NCBI RefSeq assembly: GCF_009914755.1
Contig: NC_060937.1
Direction: 5' to 3' (one strand)
DNA length: 64,000 nt
DNA from: the human T2T-CHM13v2.0 reference genome, Homo sapiens
Part shown: positions 43,917 through 59,050 of the stretch, in pieces
How positions within the stretch are numbered: the stretch's first letter is position 1
How the letters are laid out: each line of letters begins with the position of its first letter
Notes under the pieces: model-generated
Told to the model about the DNA's origin: nothing
What the model saw: only the letters and a program-made list of their open reading frames with translations
The model's database searches: none
Position numbers and translations under genes: made by a program

Positions 43917-46334
43917 TCATATATCCCCTTTGTTAGACCAAGAGCTTGTAAAAGCCAGAAGACATACACCATTTATAGTTCAATTAGAGATGTTCACTGA
44001 TAAAACTGATTCTTCCATCTGAGGGTGGTATTTGTAGTTACAGTAATGTAGATGACAATCTAAGTTATGTTCTATAAACTGTGTCACTGACATCTCAATC
44101 TACAGCTAACTTTAATTTTTTAAAAGCAGAGGAGTGGGTTGTATAGGTTTAGAAATACATTCATCAAGCTAGTTAAGTGAGATAGATTCAAACCTTCAAC
44201 TCACTGGAATATTTACCAAATTGACTATTCATTAGCTAAAGGAGCCATATAAACAAGGTACTTTTTAAAATTCAAAATTATGTAAGGTTTTGTTTCCTTT
44301 TTATGCTGTTATGAATTGGATTGTAGAGGTTATAAGGTAAAATAAGGTTACTTTTACAGTAAAGCATACAACACATTGTCACAAGAGGGCAGCCTTTGAA
44401 CATGAATTGCTTCTCAGGCATTCCTTGAAATTTTGAGACAGTTACTTTAATTAACACAACTAAATAATAAAACACTACAGAGGATCTAAGAAGATACTTT
44501 GACTTATGCATATTGTTATTTTTTTATTACTGCTAGTGGAAGATGTAATCTACAAGGAAGGCAAGGGCTGAATTTGTTTTATGTAAAAAGACAAATTTCT
44601 TTGGGTTTTAGCTTTCAAACATCAAGATAGTAGGTCAATGTCTAAATGAGTGTATCAAAGTTCTCACACTAGCACATGTAAATCCACCTCTTATCTACCC
44701 AAAACTCTAACCAAGCAAAGGCAAGTTGGAAGAATCAGACAAATGTAAGGGCCTAGGATACATAAATGCCACTGGATTTTATGTTTTTAACTTTCAACCT
44801 CCCAAGTTTCACTAAGAGACATGTTATTTGGAGAGGTTGCTAAAGTGTAGTTGTATGATGTCTCTGTGTACGGTTGGTCTGGACCTCTTTCTGTCCAGTG
44901 GTTGCCCTCAACTGATTAGAGTCACCTCTCTAAAGATCATGCTTACGTCCCTGGAGCAGTCCACAGCACTATGAATGTCTGACCTCCACCTTTTTCCAAT
45001 TAATATTTCTGTACTTACTGAATTGGAAAACATACAGGTGTTTTTTGCCTGGACACTTGTGGTTTTACAACACTCCCCCCGCTTCCGCACCACTGCCCCA
45101 GGTGATTTTATTGCCAGCCAAAGTGTGAGAACTACTGGCAGCTGCTGGCAGACAGCAGCAAAGGCCCAAATCCTCTGTGTGATTTCAAGACCCCTATCTG
45201 GTTTTCAGCCATATTTCCTTCTCCTTCTCACAGCTGAGCCCACTCCTCCTCCCTCACCACCTGTAGGCTATGCTTTCCAGCCTGTGTCCAGGATTAGTCC
45301 TGATGTAAGGCACTTGGGGTTTAAGGATCTCTCTCTTCAGTCTTATTTCCGCACCATTGCTGACAGATATATTCCAGTTGTAATCATGGGGCTACCTCCT
45401 TTTCTTTCCAGTCCCATGCTCATTTTCTCTATCACATTCTACCTTGTAATAACCTAAATCTTCTGGTGGGCAAGCTTCTTCCTCAATCAAATTTGTGTTT
45501 ATGATTGTGTTGGGGATTGGCTTAGTAATCCAGGTACTGCTGCTGCCTTGAAAGCGGAGACTGCATCCTTCTGTCTGGATATCTTGAGTTTCTGGATTGT
45601 AAACCTTATTAGGGCCCATTTTTCCTAGAATTGGAGCCTCTACTTTGTTCTTGCTACTTTAGTTCACCCAGAAAGCACGATCTCTGTCTGAATTTCAAAG
45701 TGTTGGCTAGCTTAAATATCCTTTTGTGAGACTTTCGTCTTCCTGCGGGGTGATTTTTTCATCTTACATACCATTGCTAATCTTTTTATCTTGAATGTAA
45801 TTGAAATAGTTTTAATTTGTGTTACCAGCAACAAGAACCCCTTTTATGAGATGGAGAGGCCAGGTCAGTCTCATAACATGTGTCCCCCTCCGTGTGTTGA
45901 ATTTATGTCAGAGCCAGGTTCTTTCCTATTTGACGTCTCTCACCAAATTCCAGTGTTTATGTCCTAGGAGGTGCCTAATAAATTCTAGAGTTGATACAAA
46001 CTGCAATTTTAGAGAAATTAAATTAGCACGTAGAATTAGATTATATACAACCTAATCAACTTTTTTTTTTTCTGAGGATGACCAAGATTTGGGCTTCAGT
46101 GACAATAGTTGTCCCCTAAATATTTATACTCAAAATCTAGGATCACCAGTACAATGTTGAATAGAGGTGATGAACACACACATCCCTTTCTTGTCCTAAT
46201 CTATGTGGTTTAAACATTTACACTTTCACCATTAAATATAGTATTGTTTATATGTTTTGTTGTGGATGCTTTCCATCACTTCGAGAAAATTTCTTTATCT
46301 AGCTTGCTGAGAGTTTTTTTTTTTAAATCAGCAA

Positions 46335-46950
46335 TAGATATATCTCCAAAGAAAATATCCACATGACCAACAGATACATGAAAAAAATGCTCAGCATCAC
46401 TAATCAGGGAAATGCAAATCAAAACCACAAAGAGATATTGCCTCAAGCCCTTTAGAATGGTCTTATTAAAAGAAAAAGATAACGAGTGTTAACAATGGGG
46501 AGAAATTGGAACACTTCTACAGTGTTTCTGGGAAAGTAAAACTGTGCAGCCTCTATGGAAAACAGTACAGAGGTTCCTCAAAAAAATTAAGAAAGTAGAA
46601 CTACCATATGATCTAGTAGTCTCACTTCAGGTTATTTATCTGAAAGAATGGAGATTGGGATGATTCTCAGGCTCATTGCAGCATTATTTACACTAATTAA
46701 AATGTGGAAATAAGGTTAATGTCTATTGGCAGATGAAAAGATAAAGAAAACGTGGTATATTCATACAACGGAATATTATTCAGCTTTAAAACAAGAAAGC
46801 CCGGCAATATGCAACATGGATGAACCTAGAGGACATTAATGCTAAGTAAAGTAAATCAGTCACAGAAGGACAAACTGTATGATTCCACTTGTATAAAGTA
46901 TCTAAGATAGCCAAATTCATTAGAATCACAGATTAGAATGGTGATAGCTC
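46335..46950 (+). mobile_element. L1MB-like 3' end nested in an older antisense L1
   Basis: ORF2 C-terminal and 3'UTR homology (gaaatgcaaatcaaaaccac...atggatgaacctagaggacatt...atgattccactt). Confidence 0.75.
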
Positions 46951-48267
46951 TTTAAGTTGAAGTCAATTTTGCATTCCTAGGTTTTGTAATTTTGGTATCA
47001 GGATTCTGACTCATAACACAAGTTTGGAATTTCCCCCTTCTTTATTTCTGAAATAATTTAAAAAATTTATTTTTTTTAAACGTTTGAAAGAATTCACCAG
47101 TGAAATTCTTTAGATCTGGGGTTTGCTTATTTTTTTATTTATTTAATTTTATGTTTTTATGTGCAGGTATTTTACAATTAATTTAATTACTTTAATAAAT
47201 GTCAATTACTTCATATGTTCCATTAAATCTTGTGAAATTTTTTATAAGTTTTTTTCAAGGAAGTCACCCTTTCATCCAAGTAATGAAAATTTGTATATAA
47301 TGTTTCACAATATTCCATTATCTTGTTAATGTCTCTTGTGTCTACAACTGTACAATCTCATTAATCCCTGATATGTATAATTTGCGTTTTCTTTCTTTCT
47401 CACAGAACTAACTTTTGGCCATGTTGATTTTCTCCTGTTTCTGTTTTCTGTCTCATTGATTTCTAATTTCTGTTTTATTTCCTTTCCTCTACTTGTTTTG
47501 GACTTAATTTGCTCTCTTTTTTAGATTTTCTTTTTAAGGTAGAAAATTAGTTCACTTGTTTTGAACTTCTCTTTTCTAGAATAAGCATTTATACAAAAAA
47601 TTTACTCTGGGTCTGCTTAACTTTATCCCATACATTTTGATATAGTATATTTTATTTGTATTCAGTTCAATGTATTTAAAGGTGTTTCTTATGATTTCTT
47701 CATTGAGCTAAAGGGCATTTTAAGGTGTATTTAAATCTTCCAATAGTGTAGACTTTCCTGGGTAGCTTGTTTTTACCCATTTCAACTCATTTTCATTATG
47801 GTCAGAAAGCATACTTTCCATGATTACAGTGTTTTGAAACTTCTTGAGAGATATTTTGTGGTCTATAGCCTATTGATAAATGTTTTATGTGTAGCATAAT
47901 AGAACATATATTCTATTGTCTTGGTCAATATCGATTAGGTCAAGCTGTTGTCAAAATTATTTTATCTTAATTTTCTTTAGTTATTCTGTCAGCAATACAG
48001 CATTATGTCTTCATAATTACTTGACATTTTATCATTATGAAATAGCTGTCTGTTGTAATATTGCTCGTTTGGAGGTCTACTTTTTCTTATATTAATATAG
48101 CCACATAAGATTTCTTGTCCTTGTTTTTTCCTTGGTATACTTGGAAATTATTTTACTCTCAACTTATCTATACCATAATATTTGGCATGCATCTCTTATA
48201 GGTATTTTTATTATCCAGTTGGACAATCTGTGTTTTATTTGGAGTATTTAAATTACATTTGAAATAA

Positions 48268-48597
<330 letters not shown>

Positions 48598-51500
48598 TAT
48601 TTTGCTCTTATGTTCTATTTGCTCCATCATTTTTTGCTCCTCTTTCTTTCATGCCTTTTTATATTAACTGAACAATATTCAGCGTTCCATTTTAATTCCT
48701 TTATTGGCATTTTAGAAGAATATCTTCATATAATGTGGTGGTTCTCTAGGGATTATAATAAACATCCTGGGCTTATCGCAGTCCACTTAGTGTTAATAGT
48801 CAGCGTTTTCATGTAACATAAAGAAAAGTTGCGGCAAAATTGTTGCGTTTAGTCTCCTGTCAGAGCTATTAATTTAGAATATTTTACACATTATCAATAG
48901 TACACTTAATTTTTTATTCAAAGCATCAGTTGTTTGTTATAAAACTAAAAAAAAAAGCCTTAGTTTTTCACGTTTATGCACATGCCATTCCTAGACCTTC
49001 TCCTTGCTTCCTGTAGGTCAGAATTTCCATCTGTTGTTATCTTTCTTTAGCCTAAAAAATTTCCGTTTGCATTTCTTGTATCTAGGTCTGCTAATGACAA
49101 TTGTTTGAAGCTTTCTTTTATCTGAATAAATCTTTCTTTTCTCAAGAATTACTTTATCTAGTTATAGAATTTGGAGTTGACAGTTTTCTTTTGAAGATGT
49201 AGTTTCATTGCTTTTTAAAGTGTCATTTCTGATGACAGGTCATCTGTCTATTTGTTTCCACGGATGTAAATTATTTTCTCCCTCCCTTTAGCTACTTTCA
49301 AGATTTACTCTTTTTTTTGCCCAGTGGTTTGACTATGGTATGTCTACATTTGGTTCTCTTTATTTTTATTCTGTTCTTTGAGTTTCTTAAACCTGTAAGT
49401 TGATATATGCTGACAATTAGGAAAACTTTTGGTCTTTACTTTTTCAAATAGCTTTTTCTGTCTCATTTACTTCTCTACTCTTTCTAGGACTCCAATTATA
49501 TTAGTGCTAGACTGGCCCTATTTTTATTATTTTTCTTCCTTTGTATTAACTGTATTGGGAAATTGTTCTTGATCTGTTTTTAAGTGCACTGATAATTTTT
49601 TGTGCCATCTTTAATTTACTGGTATGTACATAAAATGACATTTTTATATAAGATATTCTGTCTCTCAGTTCTAAAATTTGTCCTATTATCTCTTTATCAT
49701 TTTTACTTCTCTGTTGAGATTCTCCATATATTCCCTCTTATGACCATCTATTCCTTAAATCCTTGAATATGCTTATAATAGCTTATTTTAAATTTCTTAT
49801 ATTCTAATTCCAGCATGTGGGCCATTTCAATGTCTTAATCCATTGTTTACTTTTTTTGTTATGTGTCATATTTTCCTGGTTCTATGTCTAGGCAGGTTAA
49901 ATTATATGTTAGATTATGTGTATGATATTTTGTAGAGATAGGTTCGTTTATTTTCCTTTGAAGAATGACTCTTTTCTAACATTAGTCTTCTTTCCGTAGT
50001 CAAACACCAAACTTTCACTCCTGAGCTATATGCAATGGTTGAAATCTCTGCTCTGTACTAGCAATTTAGCTGTTGTTTTCTGCTGGATTCTATGGAGTCT
50101 CCTTTTATGAATGTGAAATGTAGCAGCCATCATATATCTGAATGAAGTTGAAGTGCTGATTTTAGATTTTTACTCTGTGATATTCTCCTCTGTGACTTTC
50201 AGTTGTGTGAGATTTCCTCCCATGTCATTCAAATTTCCCAGTTCCTCTTTTCTGTCAGCCTGGAACTCTGTGCTCTTATTCCTCAAGCTAGTAAAACTCA
50301 CCGCTTTACTCGTAGACATCTAATTTTGCACAGACTGGGAAGCATCATCAGGTGTGAAGTTGCATTGATGCAAATTTAAATCATTGCAATTTTCTTTATT
50401 CAATTGTCAAATACTTCATCATTAGTGGAGTATTCTACTATTTCTGCCTGTTTTCTGTTTCTCATTACCATCAAATGTGTATTTAATTTTTTTAGAGTTA
50501 ATAGTTTTTTCCCTGCATTTGGGTTAGACCTGAGCTACTACCATATTTTGTAATTCAAACTTTTTGTCTAACAATGTTTTAGAAAACTCTTTATTTGGAG
50601 GGAATTCTCAAACTTCTAAATACTCTACAAACATTAGGATCAGTGCTCACATTCCCAGTTTCCCTTGTAGCCAGATGTACATATGGAACATGGCCTCAGC
50701 TAATGAAGCATACCCACATATTTGAAAGTAAGAAAAGTGTTAAGAGGAACTGTAGATATCATTTTAGTTGATGCAAGGATGGAAAAAAATAACCAACTTT
50801 CACTGGTGAACTTTGTCTTCAATCATTGTTTTCCCGTGGGTAAGTGGCTAATTTTCTGGCCTAGAGGTGGCGTTGGTGTGTTGGTAACAATTGATTTGAT
50901 GATAACCTGCTTTTGTCTTTTTAAAAATTGCTAATCCACCATTGTTTCTGGTCCTGTTTTATATTTATACAGTGTATAATGTCTCATGCAAAATTTAGTT
51001 CTTTGTTTCTCAGCTTAAACTGGATTTTGATGAGCAGTTTTCACCTTCAAATGAAAGAAATGGCTTTGGTTGATGTTAGACAAAAATAACAAGAAGGAAT
51101 TAAAGAAATATGTTTGTCCTCTTATACCATTAAATAAATGAAACTGAAAATTCAATAATTCTGCTTCATAAAAAAATAGAAAGTTTCTACTGTTTTTCAT
51201 TATTTTTGAAGCTGTATCATTAAATGAAATTTCTGCCTCATGGAAGGTTTTTAGAACTATGTAATAATACCATACAGACCATTAGGAGAGAAATGAATAA
51301 AGACTGAAAGAAGTAAGCACTGTGTGGTAACATAGATGGTGCACAGTTGTGTGTGTGGAGCCCTAATACATTTGACCATGGAATTTATACAATAAATATT
51401 AGTTTCCTGTGAACCTGCTAATTAATATGACTTTTGCAGACATTTCCTTAACCTAAACAGTTTGGGTTTCCTGTATATAGACTGCATGTATTCTCACCTT

Positions 51501-52479
51501 TAACCTTTCCATAATCTTCCCTAATTACAGATGTCATTGGTTCTTAACAGCAAAAGAACAGCAGTAGCTTATAAAGTTATATTATTTGTTTTTTACTAAT
51601 ATGTGAAGTGATTTTGTCTTTCATTTCACCTGTAGAGCTAATTATGTCTTCTAGGTTAACAAAAATTCCAGATCATACCATCATTAGTTTAAACTTTACA
51701 ATGAAATCATTATTTCCATTTATTACTAGCCTGCATTATAGCAATATTTAGCTAATAAATTATCAAAATATTACTTGAAAGGTGAAAGAGTACCTCAAGT
51801 AAATGGTGTAATTTATTTATTTATCAGAATTTTAAATTAATTGTTCTGTTTAATCTCAAAGGGGTACCAATGAAGTCAGGGCATAAGGACTCCATGGTTA
51901 ATAAAATGGCAAGAATTAAAAAGGATTATTACATTTTTTCCTCATACTATGATGGCTATAATTTTTTAAAACAGTAGAAATGTTTAATTTTTAAAGGCTA
52001 CTAGTGTCTATTTCATTCAAAGATGTGAGCTCTTCAGTTCAACTTGTTGTTTGAAATTTGAACAGCTTTTTCTTGCTCTTGTTCAATACAGTTATTTAAC
52101 AGTCCAGGCAGGCCTCCGGAGTTACATATATGTATGTGGCTATGCGTGTATATATACACAGAAGTACAAATAGCATATAAACAATTTACATAAGACTTTT
52201 GCTTTTGATGAAAATTCTTCTAAAAGTGAATATAAATTAATAGCATATGGAGCCTACAAAAATTGTCTAATAGGGAACTAGGAAAAGATAATTTGTGAAG
52301 AAAGAGTTCGCTAAAACAGACTTTTTATTTTTACATGTAATAACTTTATATTGAAGGGTTTCCAGAAATATAAAATGTTATAGGGCACTTATCCTGAGAC
52401 ACACGAAGGAGACAAGGGACAGAGCTAGGATGGAAGTGAAAATAAAGGACAAATAGAGATAGATACTTAAGTGGAAATG

Positions 52480-52728
52480 AAACACTGCATGTTCTCACTC
52501 ATAGGTGGGAATTGAACAATGAGAACACATGCACACAGGAAGGGGAACATCACACACCAGGGCCTGTTGTGGGGTGGGGGGAGTGGGTAGGGATAGCATT
52601 AGGAGATATACCTAATGCTAAATGACGAGTTAATGGGTGCAGCACACCAACATGGCACATGTATACATATGTAACTAAACTGCACGTTGTGCACATGTAC
52701 CCTAAAACTTAGAGTATAAAAAAAAAAA
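52480..52728 (+). mobile_element. Short 5'-truncated L1PA 3' end
   Basis: gcatgttctcactcataggtgggaattgaacaatgag...cctaaaacttagagtat followed by poly(A). Confidence 0.93.
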
Positions 52729-54646
52729 TCATCAAACAGGTGGTAATTTCAAAACATGGCTTTTCCAGGCAGCAAATTTTCTGAATGTATCGCAAAAGAA
52801 GATAAATTGTATGTCTATGTAGATCATGTCAATGAAATAAACAATAAAGTTACTTATTGGAATATTGAAAGTGGTTGATAATAAATAAATTATTTATATT
52901 TATGGTAAAAGCAATAAACTTGATTTTTAGGGGGTTCAATGACTTCCTGAAAATATCCTCTCACAGATTTTCTCAGAGTGTCTAGTTGGCAAAAGCACAG
53001 CTCCAAATAGCTATTTCTGTCAACGTCTACAGAACATTTACAGTTTGATTTCCAAAAGTTTCCATTTCTACTGACCTTACAAATTTGTAAAGTGAATGCC
53101 CACCAGGATAAAATATTAAGTAATAAAATTAATTGGATCCTACAAGTGAAAACCTAGGCAAGGAAAATCTTCTTCCTTCTTAATGAATGATTTTTATGTC
53201 TCTTCATTCTTGTCATTCTAGGTAAAGCAACACTCTGGAGACCTTCTTCTGAGGCATTTCACCACCAGAGTAAGTGTGATGTATGACTAATTAGTCCACC
53301 CACAGGGAGCTGGTGAAATTAAATGGGAAGTTATTTCCTAACTGGCATATCTTGGAGTAAAATTAATCTAATAACAGCTTTCATAAGAGAACATAAGCTT
53401 AAAAGACAACATTTTTCATTCAACTTTACCAAACAAAGTGCAAATTTAGGTGTCCAGTTGTGAAGTTTGGTTGTGTGTGGATTGTACGGTGAAGGTACCA
53501 GTGGACAACAGTTGCTCATCAAGCAAGTTTATACAAAAGCTTTTGGACAAGTCCAACTCTAGATAAAATTCGAAAGTATTTCATGCTTGTGTTCAGAGTT
53601 TCTTTTTCTCTCTCCAAGGTAACCCACATATCAAAAGACATATGGGTTGTGGGTAGAACTTCCTAAAATTGCTGGTGAGAAGTGTGCCATGCATAAGCAT
53701 ACTTCACTAGCTTGAATTTCCTGTTAGCCTCACAGGCAACAATTACAATCCTGTATGTTTTTCTATCTCCAGACACTCCTGAACATAAAAAGACCAAGTA
53801 ACATCCCTGGTTAAGATGTGTACAGGTTACAAGACATGTCTAAATATATTCACCAAGAGGTTTATTATTTTCACAGTGGCATTCACTAAATCAGTTGTCA
53901 GTGTAGCATTACTCAAGGAATACCCAGGGTCTTTAATTTATCAAAGTTTGGAGTGCACCCCAAGTTGGATCACTGAAGCACGTAACTATAGATAAGGTCA
54001 CTCAAAAGCACAAATCCAGGTAATAAATATTCACTAGTAGTTTATATGCATTTAGCAATTTGAATGCTTGAAGTGTAGCCCAGAAAATCAATCGACATGG
54101 AGCTATTAAAGAGGCATTCATGGCACCTGCACTTTGAATCTCTTCAGACTCAGGTTAAACAGGAGACATGGTAGCTCATATATACTGCAAAAACCCTTCC
54201 TCTTTCCCTTTTTATCTATGAACCTGCCCTTTTCAATGTTATATAGATGCCTGAAGGTATGAATACCCTTGATCTTGGTAAAAAATGGTACCACCCATTC
54301 AGCAAAATCTCACTGATCAGTGTCTATGTTACCTCACTGAGTTAGCCTTTTGTGTTGTTGTGGCCCAGAATGACAATGTTGACACAATCCAAACCAGTAG
54401 TTGGAAAGTTAATGTTGGATGCGTCTTTGACAATTGATGGAATGACCTGAAATCAAATGTGAGGCAGTGGAGACACAAGAATGCTATTCAGGAAGTTAGT
54501 GATCTGTGGAGATACTAAATGAAATATCTGGAAGGAATTGTAATCTTGCAACTCTGCTTTTATGTGTTTTTTGACATAAACAATTTCTATTTATGGTGGA
54601 GCTAGAGTGTCCATTTCCCATGAAGTTCCCATAGTGTTAACTAATA

Positions 54647-55021
54647 CAGTCATGTGTCACTTAATGACAGGGTTGTGTCTGAGAAATGCATTGCTGGACA
54701 ATTTTATTATTGTATGAACATCACAGAGTTTACTTACACAAATCTAGATGCTATAGCTGATTACATACCTAGGTTAGGTGGTATAGCCTATTCCTCCTAG
54801 GCTACAAACCTGTGCAGCATGTTCCTGTACTGAATACTGTAGGCAATTGTAACACAACAGTTAAGTATATCTATACTTACTTATATCTACACAGTAAGTG
54901 TATCTATACGTGTCTAAACATACAAGAGGTACAGTACAAATACAGTGTTATGATTTTATTGCACCACTGTCATACAAGTGCACTATCCTTGACCAAAATG
55001 TTGTTATGTGATGCATGATTG
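54647..55021. mobile_element. Tigger3a/MER7A DNA transposon fossil
   Basis: Terminal inverted repeats cagtcatg...catgattg flanked by TA; internal ctcctaggctacaaacctgtgcagcatgtt. Confidence 0.88.
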
Positions 55022-55515
55022 TAACAAAAGAATTAATTAAATATAATATCAAAGTGCCTATTGAGATTTCAATGAAGAAAGGAATATTTGTAAATTCTGA
55101 TTACCTTAAGTGGGAATTGACTTTCTTCCTGTTTCCATGGCTGTTCTTGTGAAAGAGCATAGCTTTCCAAAGACCTGAAATCTCTGACAAATCTTGCAAT
55201 TCTCTATAGCCTGCATTATGAAGGTCACCTGGTATCAAAAGGGGCAAAATGGTAGATTATAAAGACCTGTACTTTCTTGTCACTTCCTAAACATAGCAAG
55301 CATTGGTCTATCTTGAACATTTCTGCAGTTATAAATGAGCCTTGGGTCATGATTTTCTGCCTTTTTATCATAGACAAGATTTAATTTAGGAGATGTCCTT
55401 TTAATGTGTAATGTGAATAGTAAGTGACACTTATGAAGCCTATTTTCTTCCAGCCATTTTAATTGTCAAATCTGTCCAGTCAAGATGCAATGTTAGAGGC
55501 TTCACTGACAACACC

Positions 55516-55518
<3 letters not shown>

Positions 55519-55553
<35 letters not shown>
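55519..55553. repeat. (TG)n microsatellite
   Basis: About 17 uninterrupted TG units. Confidence 0.95.
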
Positions 55554-55556
<3 letters not shown>

Positions 55557-55964
55557 CATACATATGATTGAGCAGGATTTATTGTAAGTCAAAACAGTCT
55601 CAAATTTCTTAGGACAATACAGCTTCCTTGGCCATTCCCTTGGAGCTCTGAGTTGAGGAGCTGGTGATGTGTATTTCTTTTGCATGTTCTCCACATTATC
55701 CCTATGCAGGCCTTCCATGGGCTTGGTTTTGGAACCAGTGATGAGGAAGATCATTAGAATAGTTGTTCTCAAAAAGATTCCTCCATTCTTCTGTATAAGC
55801 AATGGCAATTTTCCCAGACCAATATTTCTTCTTTTGAAATGGTAAATTTTGAATATTAACTGGTTAGTATAATCCCATAAAATAACAAAGTTTGAGCCCT
55901 ATGATCTGTGTTTTAGGCTCACGTTGTGTTTTATGCTAAATCATCATTTACTCCTTGTATGATC

Positions 55965-56137
55965 TTTTTTTTTTTTTTTTGAGACAGAGTCTCACACTGT
56001 CACTCAGGCTGGAGTGCAGTGGCACAATTTTGGCTTACGGCAAGCTCCGCCTCCCAGGTGCACACCATCCTTCTGCTTCAGCCTCCTGAGTAGCTGGGAC
56101 TACAGGTGCCCGCCACCACACCCAGCTAATTGTTTTT
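55965..56137 (-). mobile_element. AluY-like right monomer only
   Basis: Poly-T plus right arm ending at the mid A-rich linker. Confidence 0.9.
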
Positions 56138-56849
56138 TAAAATTAAGGATGAAATAAAAGCTGCTCCCCTATATTACATTCATAAATCAGAATTATTAAA
56201 GCAAGCTATGTATTTATTAGAAACACATACTCCAAATTTAGCATCTAAGACATGACAGTCTTTCAAGAGACATCAATTTACTTTTTAGGGTCTATAGCTA
56301 TATTTGTATTCATGTTATTGGTGTCCATATATTTCATTAGATGTTCTGGGTAAATTGATAAATGAAAATAATATATGTGATAAGGAGAACAACCTAGGCC
56401 TCCTGGAGGGCCCCTTACAACTCAGCTGGTGTTAGCAGAAATGCCTGGGTGTAACAGTGAGAAACAACCTTTCAAAAGTGTTGAGCAATTTTTCAGGCAG
56501 AGGAATATGTATACCAATCCAGGCAGCAAGATAAGTGGAGGTCAGTTAAAAGATCAGGGTGTAATTAAATTTTTTTTTTTTAGGTTTCTACTGAGAGGAA
56601 ATATAACACTCAGTTATTATTTTCTCCACATATCTCTGGTTATTTTGTCACAACCTTTTATGTAAGCTACTACCAGACACTGGGTTATCCAAGATCTATG
56701 GGTCGTATTCAATATTTGCTTTTCCCTCAACTACTAACACATTTGATTTCCTTTGTAACTTTCTCCCCTATTTCTCCTTTCAACCTGTTTTCTCCAACCA
56801 CACTGAGTTAATAAGCCTCCTATATACTCTCATAACCTGTTTTATCTAA

Positions 56850-57160
56850 GGAGATTTCCTTTTTCTACTATTATACCCATCTCATTCCCTAATTTATTTA
56901 TTCTTATTTCTCACTCTATTTTTTATTCTTTTAGGCACAGCTCATGTCTCATGACTTTCAAAAAGTTTTTCTTCTGATATTCCCAGCTCGAATTAGGTAC
57001 ATCCCAATCAGTTTCCTTAGTCTTACAACTCTGCATATTATTGGCTTGCAATCTGTCTTAGGCTGGGAATTAGCTCCTTGTAGGCAGGGGCTAGAATTTA
57101 TTTACTCTTATGTCCATAATGCCTGACACAGGAACTATTCTCACATACAAATTGTAGGGC
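56850..57160 (+). mobile_element. L2 3' end fossil
   Basis: agctccttgtaggcaggggct...aatgcctgacacagga pattern. Confidence 0.5.
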
Positions 57161-57769
57161 CATAATTCCTGAGAACATATGTACATTGTAGTGACTCATA
57201 AAGGCTTGAAATAAATTTTTAAAATGATTAATTGGGAAGTCCATGAACTTGACATCTTGATGTAGAAGAAAAGCAAGGGCAGATGAAGAAGTTATACAGG
57301 ATACTTGAAATACCAGAAGAATATAATCAGAGAGCAATAAATTAATCCTAGATTTTTAGATGTGAAGAAGTTCTGAGAAATATTTGAAGACATGGCTCTA
57401 GGGATGAGTACATAACAGAGACCAGTAGCCAGAGTCAGAGTTTTTCAGAGTGAAGAAATTGCATTGCAGGGGGAAGGACTCTTGTATACTAAATAGAAAT
57501 TGTCATTAAATGGAGACTAAGCAAGAGGCTGATGATCTGTGGATGACAGACGCAGAAAGGTGTGGAGATAGAGGTAAATGCCATAATCTACAAAGAAGAT
57601 ATTTTTGTGCCAGAAAGAAATAATAGGTCTAGAACGTAATAAAAGATAAATAGTTAACTACATTGCAATGTGGTCTGAGAACTCACTGAAGGCATAGCCA
57701 TTGATATTAACTTCCACTTCGCTTCCAGACAAAAGATTTTAAATATCTTAAAAATTCCATTTGATATTG

Positions 57770-58005
57770 TATGATTCATCAAGACAGAAAGTAAAGCTGT
57801 AGTTGCCCTGGGAGGGCGGGGAATGGGGAGTCACTTTTTAATGGGTACAGGATTTCAATTTTACAAGACAAAAAGAATTATGGAGATGGGTGGTGGTGAT
57901 GCTTGCACAACATTGTGAATACATTTAATGACACTGAATTGTATACTTAACAGTGGTTAAGATGCAAATTGTTGAGTGTGTTTTGCCACAGTTAAAAAAC
58001 GGGAA
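57770..58005 (+). mobile_element. L1MB-like 3' end
   Basis: aatgggtacaggatttcaatttt...ggtggtgatgcttgcacaacattgtgaat...acactgaattgtatacttaa. Confidence 0.75.
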
Positions 58006-58619
58006 AAGAATAGTATTTGAAGATATAGCCCATTTCATCTGGTAGCTAGCTGTATGTGTCTGCTCAGCTGTGGATAGATATTTATGCTGTTTCTGAACTG
58101 GAGGTTACTGGTATTCTCTAAGGTATAGGAAAATTGATCTTATGTGGCTAACTGAGGTGGATATGGTTGTATCAGTCAGACAGTAATGATATATTCATGA
58201 TAGTTTACATTTAACACAACTTACATGTGTTATACTTTAGAAAGCACTTCATTCATATTATTACTTCATACCATTTTCCCCTTACCATATTTGTCTCTCG
58301 TTTCTCTGCTGACTTCAGAAAATGTCTCTTCCACACTACTCAATTCATCTCCTTATTTTGTCAAAATTTTAAGTCTCAGAGTCTCCAAAAAAAATTCCAG
58401 ACAAGTCTCATGAGCTTTCAGTCATTGATTAATCGATATCCTTAGAGGCTTTCCCTTCCCCTTCTCAATTTAACATAGCTTCCAAATACACTTGCCAGTA
58501 AAAAAAGTTGTTTATATGGTTTTGTATTTCTTCCTGCTGAATTATGAACATTTTTTCATATTGACATTGATTTCCATCTGGCCATGAAATACTCAAGGTG
58601 AAGAAAATGAAACAAAATT

Positions 58620-59050
58620 GTTAATATTTATCAAGAGCCAGGTACTGTTTTCGGTGTCCTAGAAGCATAAACTAGTGTAACGCTCACCAGATCATATGAG
58701 AGGCAAAAATGGATGAAACTATAAAATCAAGACACAGAGAGTTAAAGGAAATTTCCCAAGATCACACAGCCACTGAGGATATGAACTAGATTTTGACTTC
58801 AGGCTATTTACCCCAGAACCTGTGCTTTCAACCATTATTTGTACTGCTTCCCTAAATTACTCTTGAGTACACTGTGACATCATATTTCACCTATGACACT
58901 GATTATCTGGGGAACTTTGCAACTTATTCTGAATGTGATTCAGTTTTCTTTTCTGTACAGAGATAAAGTCAGTATATACTCCATAGATTCGTTATAAGGA
59001 TTATATGAAATGACACATGAGAAGGCTTTAAAAGGACTTGGAAAGAAATA
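58620..59050. mobile_element. MIR fossils (two, in opposite orientations)
   Basis: cacagagagttaaaggaaatttcccaagatcacacagc and gattcagttttcttttctgtac...gttataaggattatatgaaatgac MIR cores. Confidence 0.55.

Noticed and set aside
44975-45457. 160-aa ORF
   Set aside because: It overlaps degenerate MER5/L2-like sequence, has no recognisable domain and lacks exon-like boundaries.
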